A stretch of 64,000 nucleotides of DNA from a bacterium (GTDB lineage: Bacteria; Patescibacteriota; Patescibacteriia; JACQRZ01): the NCBI GenBank assembly GCA_030688365.1, contig JAUYIE010000003.1, positions 30,417-94,416 of the forward strand, read 5' to 3'. The first letter of the stretch is position 1, and every line of letters begins with the position of its first letter. Below, piece after piece: positions 49,117-61,048 of the stretch. The notes beneath the pieces were generated by a model. It was given only the letters and a program-made list of their open reading frames with translations, searched no databases and had not been told where the DNA came from. A program made the position numbers and the translations under genes.

Positions 49117-51525
49117 ATGTACCCCCACAAGAAAATTGAGAAAAAATGGCAAGAGTATTGGGCTAAAAATCAGACCTTCCGCGCCAGCGAGTCAGAGAAT
49201 AAAGAAAAATGCTATATTCTAGACATGTTCCCTTATGCCTCCTCCGACGGTTTGCATGTTGGCCACCCACGAGGATACACTGCAACCGACATTTATAGCC
49301 GTTACCTTCGTATGTGTGGATACGATGTGCTCCATCCTATAGGGTGGGACGCATTTGGCTTACCGGCTGAAAACTTTGCCATCAAAAAAGGTATTCATCC
49401 TCATGAGACGACACAAAACAGCATCGCAAACTTTCATAAGCAAATCCAATCATTAGGTTTTTCATACGACTGGGATCGCGAGATTGATACGTCTTCTCCA
49501 CAATATTACAAATGGACACAGTGGCTATTTTTACAACTCTATAAAAAAGGACTTGCCTACAAAGCAAAAGCACCGGTCAATTGGTGTGAACATTGCCAGA
49601 CAGTGCTTGCAAACGAACAAGTCGTCGCTAACTGTTGTGAACGTTGCAAAAATCCGGTGATCCAAAAACTTCTTGAACAGTGGTTTTTTAAAGTAACGAA
49701 CTATGCTGATGAACTCATTACTGGACTAGATGATCTTGATTGGCCGGAGTCTATCAAAACTATACAGCGCAACTGGATTGGAAAAAGTGAAGGTGCCATT
49801 ATTACCTTTCCCATCAAAGATACAGATATTCTTATCCGTGCGTTTACTACGCGTGCTGATACGCTTTTTGGTGTTAGCGCACTGGTCATTGCCCCAGAAC
49901 ATCCACTATTGTCTTCCTTGAATATACACAATCAAGAAGAACTGGATGACTATATTGCCAAATCAAAACACAAAAGTGATCTTCAGCGCACTTTTCTGGA
50001 TAAAGAAAAAACAGGTGTACGTCTTGATGGTGTCAATGCAATCAACCCAGCAAACAATGAGGAAATTCCTATTTTTGTCGCTGACTATGTATTGGGATCC
50101 TATGGCACTGGCGCAATCATGTCAGTCCCCGCGCATGATGCACGCGACTTTGAGTTTGCAAAAAAGTATGATTTGCCAATCAAAGACGTCATCATGCCGT
50201 CAGTAGTAGAAGATAAAATCAGTGAGGCATACATAGGTGAAGGGGTTCTGGTCAACTCTGGAAAATTTGATGGCATGATATCGCAAGAAGCCCGCGTTGC
50301 CATTACAAAAAAAATAAAAGGTGAGACAACGACGACCTATCGCATGCGCGATTGGCTCGTATCCCGTCAGCGATACTGGGGATCACCGATCCCGATTATT
50401 AACTGTGAAAAGTGTGGCCTGGTACCAGTACCTGAAGTTGATTTGCCGGTCCTGCTTCCTACCGACGTTGATTTTCGTCCTACGGGGGAGTCGCCTCTTG
50501 TCGCCTCCAAAACATTCCACGACGTGAAATGTCCGACATGTAACTGTCCTGCCCGACGGGAATCTGACACCATGGACACATTTGTTTGTTCCAGTTGGTA
50601 CTATCTACGGTATATTTCCCCTCATGAAAACGATATTCCGTTTGATCAATCAGCTATCCAACATTGGATGCCGGTAGATTTGTATATCGGTGGAGTTGAA
50701 CATGCAGTACTGCATCTTCTCTATGCTCGCTTTATTACCAAAGCACTGCGTGACATGAAATTTTTGAAATTTGATGAGCCGTTTCTCAAGCTTCGTAATC
50801 AAGGAATGATCTTAGGCGAGGATGGGGAAAAGATGTCAAAATCACGTGGCAATGTCATCAATCCTGATACAATCAACGAAGAATATGGCGCAGACAGTCT
50901 GCGTATCTATGAAATGTTCCTCGGTCCGCTCAACGATGTCATGCCATGGAACACACGAAGTATTTCCGGTGTACGAAGATTTTTAGATAAAATTTGGACA
51001 ATGTATCACACAGCGATACATGCCGATCTTCCCGAAAAACAAACCGACCCCACGCTGATAAAAATCATCAATAAAACAATCAAAAAGGTTTCATCTGATA
51101 TAGAGTCTATGAGCTTTAACACCGCGATCAGTACCATGATGATCTGTGTCAACGCCATGCATAAAGTGCAGACCACCGGACATACAATTGCTCGCGATAC
51201 ACTGGAATCATTTGCGGTACTTCTCTCGCCGTTCGCCCCCCACATGGCGGAAGAACTCTGGGAACTGCTCGGACACGCTGATGGCATTACCTACACGACA
51301 TGGCCTGTATACGACGAAGCGCTAACCAAAGACATAACGGTTACTGTTGCAGTGCAGATCAATGGTAAATCACGCGGACAGATTTGTACACCACCTGACG
51401 CTACTCAAGATGAAGTACAAACTCTCGCCCTTGCTGATGAAGCAATCAAAAAATGGACAAACGGCAAAGAAATCAAAAAAGTAATTTTTGTCCCAGGACG
51501 CCTGATCAATTTTGTCATTATATAA
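49117..51525 (+). CDS. leuS: Leucyl-tRNA synthetase.
   Basis: HVGHPRGY (HIGH), KMSKS and editing-domain segments. 802 aa. Confidence 0.95.
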   Translation: MYPHKKIEKKWQEYWAKNQTFRASESENKEKCYILDMFPYASSDGLHVGHPRGYTATDIYSRYLRMCGYDVLHPIGWDAFGLPAENFAIKKGIHPHETTQNSIANFHKQIQSLGFSYDWDREIDTSSPQYYKWTQWLFLQLYKKGLAYKAKAPVNWCEHCQTVLANEQVVANCCERCKNPVIQKLLEQWFFKVTNYADELITGLDDLDWPESIKTIQRNWIGKSEGAIITFPIKDTDILIRAFTTRADTLFGVSALVIAPEHPLLSSLNIHNQEELDDYIAKSKHKSDLQRTFLDKEKTGVRLDGVNAINPANNEEIPIFVADYVLGSYGTGAIMSVPAHDARDFEFAKKYDLPIKDVIMPSVVEDKISEAYIGEGVLVNSGKFDGMISQEARVAITKKIKGETTTTYRMRDWLVSRQRYWGSPIPIINCEKCGLVPVPEVDLPVLLPTDVDFRPTGESPLVASKTFHDVKCPTCNCPARRESDTMDTFVCSSWYYLRYISPHENDIPFDQSAIQHWMPVDLYIGGVEHAVLHLLYARFITKALRDMKFLKFDEPFLKLRNQGMILGEDGEKMSKSRGNVINPDTINEEYGADSLRIYEMFLGPLNDVMPWNTRSISGVRRFLDKIWTMYHTAIHADLPEKQTDPTLIKIINKTIKKVSSDIESMSFNTAISTMMICVNAMHKVQTTGHTIARDTLESFAVLLSPFAPHMAEELWELLGHADGITYTTWPVYDEALTKDITVTVAVQINGKSRGQICTPPDATQDEVQTLALADEAIKKWTNGKEIKKVIFVPGRLINFVII

Positions 51526-51542
51526 GTTATAATTCTATCCCT

Positions 51543-52787
51543 ATGCCCATGAGAGCACTCAAAGCCATCGACCCTACAATTGAATACCTTTTAAAAAAAG
51601 AATATCAACGCCAACAAAACACACTGTCATTGATTCCTTCGGAAAACATCGCAAGCAATGCGGTGATTGAAGCACTCGGATCAGTCGCAACCAACAAGTA
51701 TTCAGAAGGATATTCCGGCAAGCGATATTATGGTGGCAATGAAATCATTGACCGAATTGAAACTCTGGCGATAGAACGCGCAAAAAAAATGTTTGGCACC
51801 GAACATGCCAATGTACAAGCATACTCCGGATCCCCTGCCAATCAAGCAGTCTATATGGCGCTCCTGCAACCGGGTGATACTGTTGTAGGTATGGCACTTC
51901 CCGCAGGCGGACACCTGACACACGGATGGAAGGTAAGTTTTTCTGGAAAAAGCTATCGAGCGGTGCAATACGGCGTTGATAAAAACGGATATTTGGATTA
52001 CGACGAGATTGCTGATCTTGTACTCAAAGAAAAACCACAGCTAGTTATCTGTGGCGCGACCGCATATTCGCGTATCATTGATTTTAAAAAATTTAGACAG
52101 ATCGCAGATTCGGTCGGAGCATATTTACTTGCTGACATCTCACACATTTCCGGTCTTGTCGTTGGCGGGGTACACCCCAGCCCTGCACCCTATGCTGATG
52201 TCATCATGACAACAACACACAAAAGTCTCCGTGGACCGCGTGGTGCTCTTGTGATGGCTCGCTCTGCAGAAGTCGGCGTTAAAATAGACAAAGCAGTATT
52301 CCCTGGTTTGCAAGGAGGGCCACACAATCATCAAACTGCCGCAATAGCCGTATGTCTCAAAGAAGCAAACACGACTGAATTTAAATCATACGCAAAAAAA
52401 ATAATTGAAAATGCCAAGGTTCTCGCATCTGAACTTGAAAATTGTGATTTTTCTATTGTCACCGGTGGTACTGAAAATCATTTGTTCCTTATTGATCTTA
52501 CGAACAAAGGAGTAACAGGGCAAGAGGCGGAAGATGCACTAAGCACTGTTGGTATTATTGTAAATAAAAATATGGTTCCTGGGGATCCTCGTTCGCCGTT
52601 TGACCCTTCTGGCCTTCGCGTCGGTACGCCTTCAGTAACCACACGTGGATTGACGATCAAAGATATGAAGACACTTGCATCTATCATCAACGACGTTACG
52701 GTACAAAAACCTGATCGTTCAGTCCTGAAAAAAGCAAAAGATACCGTCAACGAACTCTGCAAACGATACCCCGCATATCCTCGATAA
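51543..52787 (+). CDS. glyA: Serine hydroxymethyltransferase. The tracked ORF starts at 51453 inside leuS, and I trimmed the start to the ATG at 51543.
   Basis: SENIASNAVIEALGS. PLP-site TTTHKSLRGPRGA. The true start MPMRALKAIDP begins 17 nt after the leuS stop. Confidence 0.9.
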   Translation: MPMRALKAIDPTIEYLLKKEYQRQQNTLSLIPSENIASNAVIEALGSVATNKYSEGYSGKRYYGGNEIIDRIETLAIERAKKMFGTEHANVQAYSGSPANQAVYMALLQPGDTVVGMALPAGGHLTHGWKVSFSGKSYRAVQYGVDKNGYLDYDEIADLVLKEKPQLVICGATAYSRIIDFKKFRQIADSVGAYLLADISHISGLVVGGVHPSPAPYADVIMTTTHKSLRGPRGALVMARSAEVGVKIDKAVFPGLQGGPHNHQTAAIAVCLKEANTTEFKSYAKKIIENAKVLASELENCDFSIVTGGTENHLFLIDLTNKGVTGQEAEDALSTVGIIVNKNMVPGDPRSPFDPSGLRVGTPSVTTRGLTIKDMKTLASIINDVTVQKPDRSVLKKAKDTVNELCKRYPAYPR

Positions 52788-52793
52788 ACATTT

Positions 52794-53828
52794 ATGAATC
52801 CACGTCCAAATATCTACCTATTTCACGGAAGCAACACATGGAGTATTCACCAAAAAACAAAAGCGTGGATTGGTGCGTTTGAAAAAAAATATGGGAACAT
52901 GAACAGTGCCAGCATTGATCTTGCAGGTAATGTACATGTTAAGAATATTTTGCCCATAATCCAAAAAAATCTCATATCCGACACTCTCTTTAGTACAACA
53001 TCATTTCTGCACCTTCGGGGACTTTTTTCAAAAACGTGTCCACCCGAAGTGCGCGATATGTTATCGGAAAAACTGCCGAGTACATCACCGACTGCATTTG
53101 TTGTCCTTGAAGATGAAATCATTGATAAACGACTTGGTGTCTATAAGATCCTGCAATCTCTTGAAACGTCAGGCAAATGCACCATGGAAGAGTTTGAAAT
53201 TCCTACCCAGGACAAATTAAAAAACTGGATCTTATCGTATTTGAAGCAATATGATATGTCCATTGAACCACTAGCACTTGCATTATTGTTAGAACATTTT
53301 GATCCCGACCATCCGTTTGATGATAAAAAAAATACTGATATACTGTGGGTACTCTCCGGAGAACTGCATAAGCTTGTTCATTTTACACAAGGACATACTG
53401 TCCACCGAGACGATGTGGAAATTTTAGTTTGTGCACCTGATAACGCGCATATTTTTAATTTTGTTGATGCGATTCTTGCTAAACAAAAAAGTCATGCATA
53501 CGAACTCGCCCATGCATTAGTATCTGCTTCTCCCTCACAAGTAAAATCGTCCGTCATCAACATCACCGGTATGCTCCGCTCGCAACTGCGATCACTGGTC
53601 ATCATCAAAAGTATGAAACAAACGCAACTGGATGAGGCAACGATGGCAAAACAATTGGGATGGAATCCAAAACGTGTGTGGGTGGTATCACGCAAAACTT
53701 CCAATCTGACACTCGCACAACTCACGCATATGTACCGTAGTCTCTTGTCATTTGATGAATATATAAAACTTTATTCAACACCAGCCGACGCAAGTCTGGA
53801 CATCCTCATCGCTCAGCTGGTGGGGTAG
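52794..53828 (+). CDS. holA: DNA polymerase III delta subunit (HolA)-like.
   Basis: N-terminal IYLFHGSNTWSI...LFSTTSFLHLRG pattern and overall length of 344 aa fit HolA. Similarity is weak, so this is a tentative call. Confidence 0.5.
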   Translation: MNPRPNIYLFHGSNTWSIHQKTKAWIGAFEKKYGNMNSASIDLAGNVHVKNILPIIQKNLISDTLFSTTSFLHLRGLFSKTCPPEVRDMLSEKLPSTSPTAFVVLEDEIIDKRLGVYKILQSLETSGKCTMEEFEIPTQDKLKNWILSYLKQYDMSIEPLALALLLEHFDPDHPFDDKKNTDILWVLSGELHKLVHFTQGHTVHRDDVEILVCAPDNAHIFNFVDAILAKQKSHAYELAHALVSASPSQVKSSVINITGMLRSQLRSLVIIKSMKQTQLDEATMAKQLGWNPKRVWVVSRKTSNLTLAQLTHMYRSLLSFDEYIKLYSTPADASLDILIAQLVG

Positions 53829-53956
53829 ACTTTTATTTCAAAATCTTCCCTGTAAATTTCGTTATATCTGAAATACGTCTTCCCTCTTTTGACAATCTTA
53901 ATTACTAATAAAAACACCCTCATTGCGCCCGCTGGCGGATGAAGGTATTTTACTCT

Positions 53957-54223
53957 CTACTTTCCCATCTCGTTCACCCTCTTTGAAAGCCGTGATTTAT
54001 TCCGTGATGCGGTGTTCTTTTTGATAACGTTCTTAAGTGCCGCTTTGTCCAAAAACTTTACCAACTGTGCGAACCAATCCTTTGCTTTTGTTACATCTTT
54101 TGCGGTGATACTCTTGAGGAGCTGTCGCTTAAGATAGGTAATGTTTTTTTTGACTGCTATGTTGCGCTCTGTTCGCTTCGTGGTTTGGCGCAAGTGCTTA
54201 ATTGCTGACGGTGTGTGTGCCAT
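53957..54223 (-). CDS. rpsT: 30S ribosomal protein S20.
   Basis: MAHTPSAIKHLRQTTKRTERNIAVKKNI... is a typical bS20 N-terminus. 88 aa, basic. Confidence 0.85.
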   Translation of the reverse strand: MAHTPSAIKHLRQTTKRTERNIAVKKNITYLKRQLLKSITAKDVTKAKDWFAQLVKFLDKAALKNVIKKNTASRNKSRLSKRVNEMGK

Positions 54224-54364
54224 AATGTATAAAAATAATAACTCAAAAATGTATTATCGATATCGTAAACTAGCGATGGTCTTGCCTCGTTTCTTCTGTT
54301 GCTTCCGCTGTGCGACCTTTTTCTTTTTATTCATACTTCCTCATGGTTTATTTACAAAGTGATC

Positions 54365-54441
54365 TGGCGGACCGGACGGGACTCGAACCCGCAACTTCCG
54401 CCGTGACAGGGCGGTGCTCTAACCAATTGAACTACCGATCC
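54365..54441 (-). tRNA. tRNA-Asp (GUC).
   Basis: Minus strand: GGATCGG-TA-GTTCAATTGGTTAGAGCAC-CGCC/CTGTCAC/GGCG-GAAGTT-GCGGGTTCGAGTCCCGT-CCGGTCC-G-CCA. Confidence 0.85.
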
Positions 54442-54463
54442 ATAACGCCCTCGCAGGCAAAAA

Positions 54464-55327
54464 CTATAGGGATAGTGTATCAGATTCCCGCCGATCATGC
54501 AAGAGGCGACCTGCTATCAATATGATCCCCGCTAATATAATCGCAAGACAAATCCATTGAGGTAGGCGTAGGCCTGCAAATACCGGCACTAGGTCAATAC
54601 GAAGAAATTCAATGAGAAAACGTCCAAGGGAATAAACAACGGCATACCCCAAAAATATCACCCCAAAGTGCATAAATCTCGCCTCTTTCTTGACGTTTTT
54701 AGCCAGACGAAACAATACCACGCGCGTCGCGATAAATAGTACGATAAAAAGCACTAATGAAAACACTGACTCATACAAAAATGTCGGATGAAACTGTGAA
54801 AATCCCTCATAGCCAGTCGCCCGCCGTGCGAACTCAATCGGAATACCCCATGCCAAATGCGTCGGTAGCCCGTACGCTTCTTGGTTGAAATAGTTGCCCC
54901 ATCGGCCGATCGCTTGCCCCAACACAAGTCCTGGCGAGATCATATCTACCATCAACCAAAACGGTAACTTATGTCGCCGACAATACACAAACGCCACCAC
55001 GATACCTGCCAAAAATGCCCCATGCCATACCCATCCGCCATGCCATAGGGCAAGGACCTCCCATGGTTGCGTGATAAAAAAATCAATATTATAAAAAACG
55101 TAAAACAAACGCGACGCGATGATGCCAAACACTAATAACCAAAAAAATAAATAATCCACGTGCACCATCAACGGACGATCCAATACTTTTTCATACTGTC
55201 GCGCGAGATAGAGGGTAATAAAATACCCAAGAACAATAGCTACACCAAGAAGCACGCTATAGGTGTATACCGTAAACGAACCGATTTGAAATAATATCTC
55301 CGGAGGAATGTAATTCCAAAAGGACAT
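54464..55327 (-). CDS. lgt: Prolipoprotein diacylglyceryl transferase.
   Basis: Lgt signature [17 protein letters not shown]. Polytopic membrane protein of 287 aa. Confidence 0.8.
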   Translation of the reverse strand: MSFWNYIPPEILFQIGSFTVYTYSVLLGVAIVLGYFITLYLARQYEKVLDRPLMVHVDYLFFWLLVFGIIASRLFYVFYNIDFFITQPWEVLALWHGGWVWHGAFLAGIVVAFVYCRRHKLPFWLMVDMISPGLVLGQAIGRWGNYFNQEAYGLPTHLAWGIPIEFARRATGYEGFSQFHPTFLYESVFSLVLFIVLFIATRVVLFRLAKNVKKEARFMHFGVIFLGYAVVYSLGRFLIEFLRIDLVPVFAGLRLPQWICLAIILAGIILIAGRLLHDRRESDTLSL

Positions 55328-55390
55328 AGTTTGACGGAAAAAAAATTAACCTACTAAATAGCAATTATGTGCTACCTAGTAGGTATTATA

Positions 55391-55756
55391 TCAAACAGTT
55401 ACCAAATCTGTAACTGATTTTGTACTTAATAAGTGACGGTACGTCCTTTGTACCCGATCCTGTTCCCATCTGAGATCTCCTAATAATTTCTTCACGGCCA
55501 CGAGATACTCACGGCCAAGATCAGATCTTATTACTTTTCCAAAATAGATGGTTTGGTGGACTTCGCCGTGTGTAGAAGATAGAAAGGAAAAATATTCCTT
55601 ACATTTATTTTCCAGTTCAACCCGATAACTCTTTGAGTTCATTCCATGGAGCTCTTCGATCTTTTTCATACTTTCCTTACAAACGGCAAATTCATCTGTT
55701 CTCATCTGTACGAAATCTAAACTTACAGGTTTGTTTTTTGTTACTACTGCTAGCAT
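55391..55756 (-). CDS. Hypothetical 121 aa protein flanked by very AT-rich spacers.
   Basis: ORF only. Confidence 0.3.
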   Translation of the reverse strand: MLAVVTKNKPVSLDFVQMRTDEFAVCKESMKKIEELHGMNSKSYRVELENKCKEYFSFLSSTHGEVHQTIYFGKVIRSDLGREYLVAVKKLLGDLRWEQDRVQRTYRHLLSTKSVTDLVTV

Positions 55757-55973
55757 TCATTTCCTCCTAAAAGGACTTATAATAATCGTGTAATGTACAA
55801 TGCGACTTATTACTACATCGCGTTTGATATCACTCACGCAGACTACACTGTATAAAAAATTCGGTCAAGAGGGTAAATAACATTTTTTAAAATATAAAAA
55901 AACAATCTACTATACGTGAATAAATAATATAGTAGACGTTGTAACGCATTTTTAAGCGCTTAAGGAACGCTTT

Positions 55974-56315
55974 TTATAGCATAGATGGATAACAGACCAA
56001 CATCAAATTGCTTTTCAGAAACTTCTCAATATTTACAGCGTAATCAATCACTTGATCACTCTTATTAAGAATTCTCTTGGGCAATGACTCGGGACCTGGT
56101 GTATAGACGAGCGTATTGAAAAGACTTTTAATAATCTTTACAACTTTTCGTAACAAGCGTTTCATATATTTCTCATATATAAAAACTTGACCCCAATCCC
56201 CTTGTACCATGACTTGTGTCAAAGTAGCTAACGCGTCTGTCGCTTTTTTTTCCAGTATCTTCAGTGTGCTTTCTTTTTTTTTTATTTGTTGTTCAATTTG
56301 TTTACAACAATTCAT
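55974..56315 (-). CDS. Hypothetical 113 aa protein.
   Basis: ORF only. Confidence 0.3.
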   Translation of the reverse strand: MNCCKQIEQQIKKKESTLKILEKKATDALATLTQVMVQGDWGQVFIYEKYMKRLLRKVVKIIKSLFNTLVYTPGPESLPKRILNKSDQVIDYAVNIEKFLKSNLMLVCYPSML

Positions 56316-56444
56316 CGATAACGGTCTCCTTAAATTTATAATATATTCTATGCTTTTTTAAATGTACGATAGCTCTTATTTATAGACCGAGCTCCTCCTT
56401 TCTTTCCTTGTCTATTCTTTGATATCCATAGTTGTTACCCTACA

Positions 56445-57827
56445 TTACCCCAAGATTTTCGTCAAGTGCACAACTGACACTTTCTCAATAGAATACCCTT
56501 TTTTATTGAAAAATACGACAAAATTCTTTTTTGTCGCACGAGAAATAGCAACGACATTTTTTATAAGCTGACCGGCGGTTTCTACCGGATAGACACCGCG
56601 ATACAGATTCAATCGACCGCGCAAGACACGATTTTTTGCGAGTACCATGATCGGCACGTGCTGGCGCAATGATGAAAGAAACGACAAAGTCTCCAAGGAG
56701 ATATCACGACAAACAACCATCGCGATCTTATTGCTCGTAATCACATTGCAGACTTCTTCGGCCGAGTGTGCCATGCTCGCCACCCCGGAATGGGGACACG
56801 GCAAGTCTCCATATTCAGAGTTTTCCGACGCTTCAATTGTTGCGTTCATCATTGCCACTGCTTCAAGTGGATATTCACCATTGGCGCTTTCACCCGATAA
56901 CATGGTCGCATCTGTGTGATCAAACACCGCATGAGCGACATCCGACACTTCCGCGCGCGTAGGCCGAGGATTTGAAATCATACTCTCAAGCATTTGTGTC
57001 GCGACGATCATAGGCTTGCCGGCAGAAATACAAGATCGTATGAGATTTTTTTGAATAATAGGCACTTGCGATGCAGGCATCTCTATACCCAAATCACCAC
57101 GCGCGACCATGATAGCATCCACTTCCTTAATAATACTCGCGATATTTTTCACTGCCTCCACTCGTTCGATCTTTGCAATAATTCCGGGGATAGTTTTGTT
57201 GCGCTGTAACATATATGCACGAAAATCTTTCACTTCCTGTGCGTTTTTCACAAATGACATCGCGACATACGAGACTTTTTGCTGGATTCCAAACAATACG
57301 TCCTTTTTATCTTTATCAGTGATGGCGGGTGCTTGCAATGTCGCCCCGGGAACATTGATACCTTTGTGAGATTTTATAATCCCCGGCACTTCTACTATTG
57401 TAGTAATGATATGGCCTTTGATGTTCGTGATTTTTAAATCAATCGTACCGTCTGCGATCAATATATGTTGTCCTTTTTTGACGTCCTTATAAAGACGTTC
57501 ATATTGACATGAAATTGTATTCTTCATGTCATCAGAAAACTTTGATGCAGGCACGACCATAAGCTTTTGTCCTTTTTTCAAATGAATATCTTCCGGCAAA
57601 TCCCCTACACGAATGCGAGGACCTTGAAGATCTTGAATAATACCAATGTCCGTATGCAATTCTTTTTCCAATTTGCGAATTATTTTAATAATCGCCCCAT
57701 GACTCTCATACGTTCCATGAGAAAAATTTAACCGAGCGACGTTCATCCCCACTTTCACCATTTTTTTGAGCATCACATAGTTATCAGATGACGGTCCGAT
57801 AGTACAGACGATTTTTGTACGTTTCAT
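56445..57827 (-). CDS. pyk: Pyruvate kinase.
   Basis: [14 protein letters not shown]...[20 protein letters not shown] active-site loop. 460 aa. Confidence 0.9.
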   Translation of the reverse strand: MKRTKIVCTIGPSSDNYVMLKKMVKVGMNVARLNFSHGTYESHGAIIKIIRKLEKELHTDIGIIQDLQGPRIRVGDLPEDIHLKKGQKLMVVPASKFSDDMKNTISCQYERLYKDVKKGQHILIADGTIDLKITNIKGHIITTIVEVPGIIKSHKGINVPGATLQAPAITDKDKKDVLFGIQQKVSYVAMSFVKNAQEVKDFRAYMLQRNKTIPGIIAKIERVEAVKNIASIIKEVDAIMVARGDLGIEMPASQVPIIQKNLIRSCISAGKPMIVATQMLESMISNPRPTRAEVSDVAHAVFDHTDATMLSGESANGEYPLEAVAMMNATIEASENSEYGDLPCPHSGVASMAHSAEEVCNVITSNKIAMVVCRDISLETLSFLSSLRQHVPIMVLAKNRVLRGRLNLYRGVYPVETAGQLIKNVVAISRATKKNFVVFFNKKGYSIEKVSVVHLTKILG

Positions 57828-57862
57828 AAGATGCAGTCTTTATAATACATATATAATAGCAC

Positions 57863-57890
57863 ACAAAAAACCGCCCCAAAAGGAGCGGAT
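57863..57890 (-). terminator. Rho-independent terminator downstream of groEL.
   Basis: The minus strand reads CCGCTCC-TTTT-GGGGCGG followed by TTTTTT. Confidence 0.5.
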
Positions 57891-57913
57891 TTTTCTTTGC
57901 CTCAAGAAATCTC

Positions 57914-59868
<1,955 letters not shown>

Positions 59869-59920
59869 ACAATCGCAAAAAACTTAATAATTAAAACGTT
59901 AAATACGTGATACAAAAATA

Positions 59921-59964
59921 CCCCTGTTTAGCAGTGTTGTCAAGAGTGTGCTAAAAACAGGGGT
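59921..59964. promoter_or_regulatory. CIRCE-like inverted repeat (HrcA operator) overlapping a sigma70-like promoter upstream of groES.
   Basis: Minus-strand sense: CCCCTGTTT-TTAGCACAC-TCTTGACAA-CACTGCTAA-AACAGGGG, with 9 bp outer arms around a TTAGCAC-N9-TGCTAA core. The spacer contains TTGACA, followed 17 nt later by TATTTT. Confidence 0.55.
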
Positions 59965-59976
59965 AAAAACAAAAAC

Positions 59977-60516
59977 CTATCTCACTGGCACTGTCTCACC
60001 TGGTGCAGGAACAATAGGTTCAGATAGTTGTTGCCATTTCCCATCAATGAATATCTTGGCATCCATAGGATCCTTGTCCCCGTCAAACGGCGGATAAAAA
60101 TCAGGGTCAATAGTTCTGTCAAAACATACCGTCCCTATCTCGTGTGCCCAACTTTCGTCTCGTCCATAGTAATTATTACCATCACCTTTTGTTTCAAAGG
60201 TCGCACAAAGTTGAAATTGCAAAGGACTCGCGGTTATATATTGATATGACTCCTTTGTTTGCGGATCAGTCGGTATAACAACACTTCGTGTCGCATCATT
60301 CAGAGAGGTCAAAGAGGATGGTAGCGTCCTTTTGGCTTGCCAGAAACTGATAATATCATTTTCTAGCATACCAAGATCATTTACTCGCTGTTGATCGCGC
60401 AATCGAGCTCGTTCTTTTCCTGGAGTGCCTACCGTTACCAATCCCACAATAATCGTTGCCAAAACCAAAACACATGCGGTAATCCCAATAATGAAATTAA
60501 TCTTAGTGGGTTGCAT
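59977..60516 (-). CDS. Membrane-anchored protein with a pilin-like region (a basic Q/R-rich helix directly after the TM, in the pattern RARLRDQQRVNDLGMLENDIISF). It lacks a canonical prepilin G/F cleavage motif.
   Basis: 179 aa. TM segment INFIIGITACVLVLATIIVGLV followed by the ERARLRDQQRVNDL helix typical of type IV pilin/pseudopilin N-domains. Confidence 0.35.
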   Translation of the reverse strand: MQPTKINFIIGITACVLVLATIIVGLVTVGTPGKERARLRDQQRVNDLGMLENDIISFWQAKRTLPSSLTSLNDATRSVVIPTDPQTKESYQYITASPLQFQLCATFETKGDGNNYYGRDESWAHEIGTVCFDRTIDPDFYPPFDGDKDPMDAKIFIDGKWQQLSEPIVPAPGETVPVR

Positions 60517-61024
60517 AGCGTTTGAGATTTCCTAAATAATACGCACCAACACCCAATGCGACAATCAATACAGTAAATGCCTTAATTGCAAATCGAATCG
60601 TTGTTTCACCGCTGAGTAATGTATTTATTATCACAACAAGGTTGATAAGGAGAGTGAGACTCACTGCAAAAAGAATAAAATAGATAAGTCCTTTACGGAT
60701 ACCTGTCATTGCTCGAGCGGGATCAGCTTTAAATATTTTCTCACCATACCAAATACTCCAAATATATGCAGGAAAAAATACAATCAACGTAGCTAATGCA
60801 CTGCGTATCGCATAGGTACTATAGTCCCCGCCCATCCCATAGCCGGGAAGTGGAAAACTGTTGTTGACCAACTGAAATACCAATGTGATCAAACTAGTGA
60901 TTGAGGTAATCAACACCACAAGACTAAACAATTGTAAGAAAAAATCTCGCGAGGTACTTTTGTGTAACACCGTAGGTTGTGTCGTCGTCAAGACAGGTTC
61001 GTCCATAAAAATTGTAGATAACAA
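60503..61024 (-). CDS. Polytopic membrane protein of 173 aa with about 4 TM segments. Hypothetical.
   Basis: Hydrophobic segments. Overlaps the upstream gene. Confidence 0.4.
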   Translation of the reverse strand: MLSTIFMDEPVLTTTQPTVLHKSTSRDFFLQLFSLVVLITSITSLITLVFQLVNNSFPLPGYGMGGDYSTYAIRSALATLIVFFPAYIWSIWYGEKIFKADPARAMTGIRKGLIYFILFAVSLTLLINLVVIINTLLSGETTIRFAIKAFTVLIVALGVGAYYLGNLKRYATH

Positions 61025-61048
61025 ATTATATATTAATAGTACCCCTAT

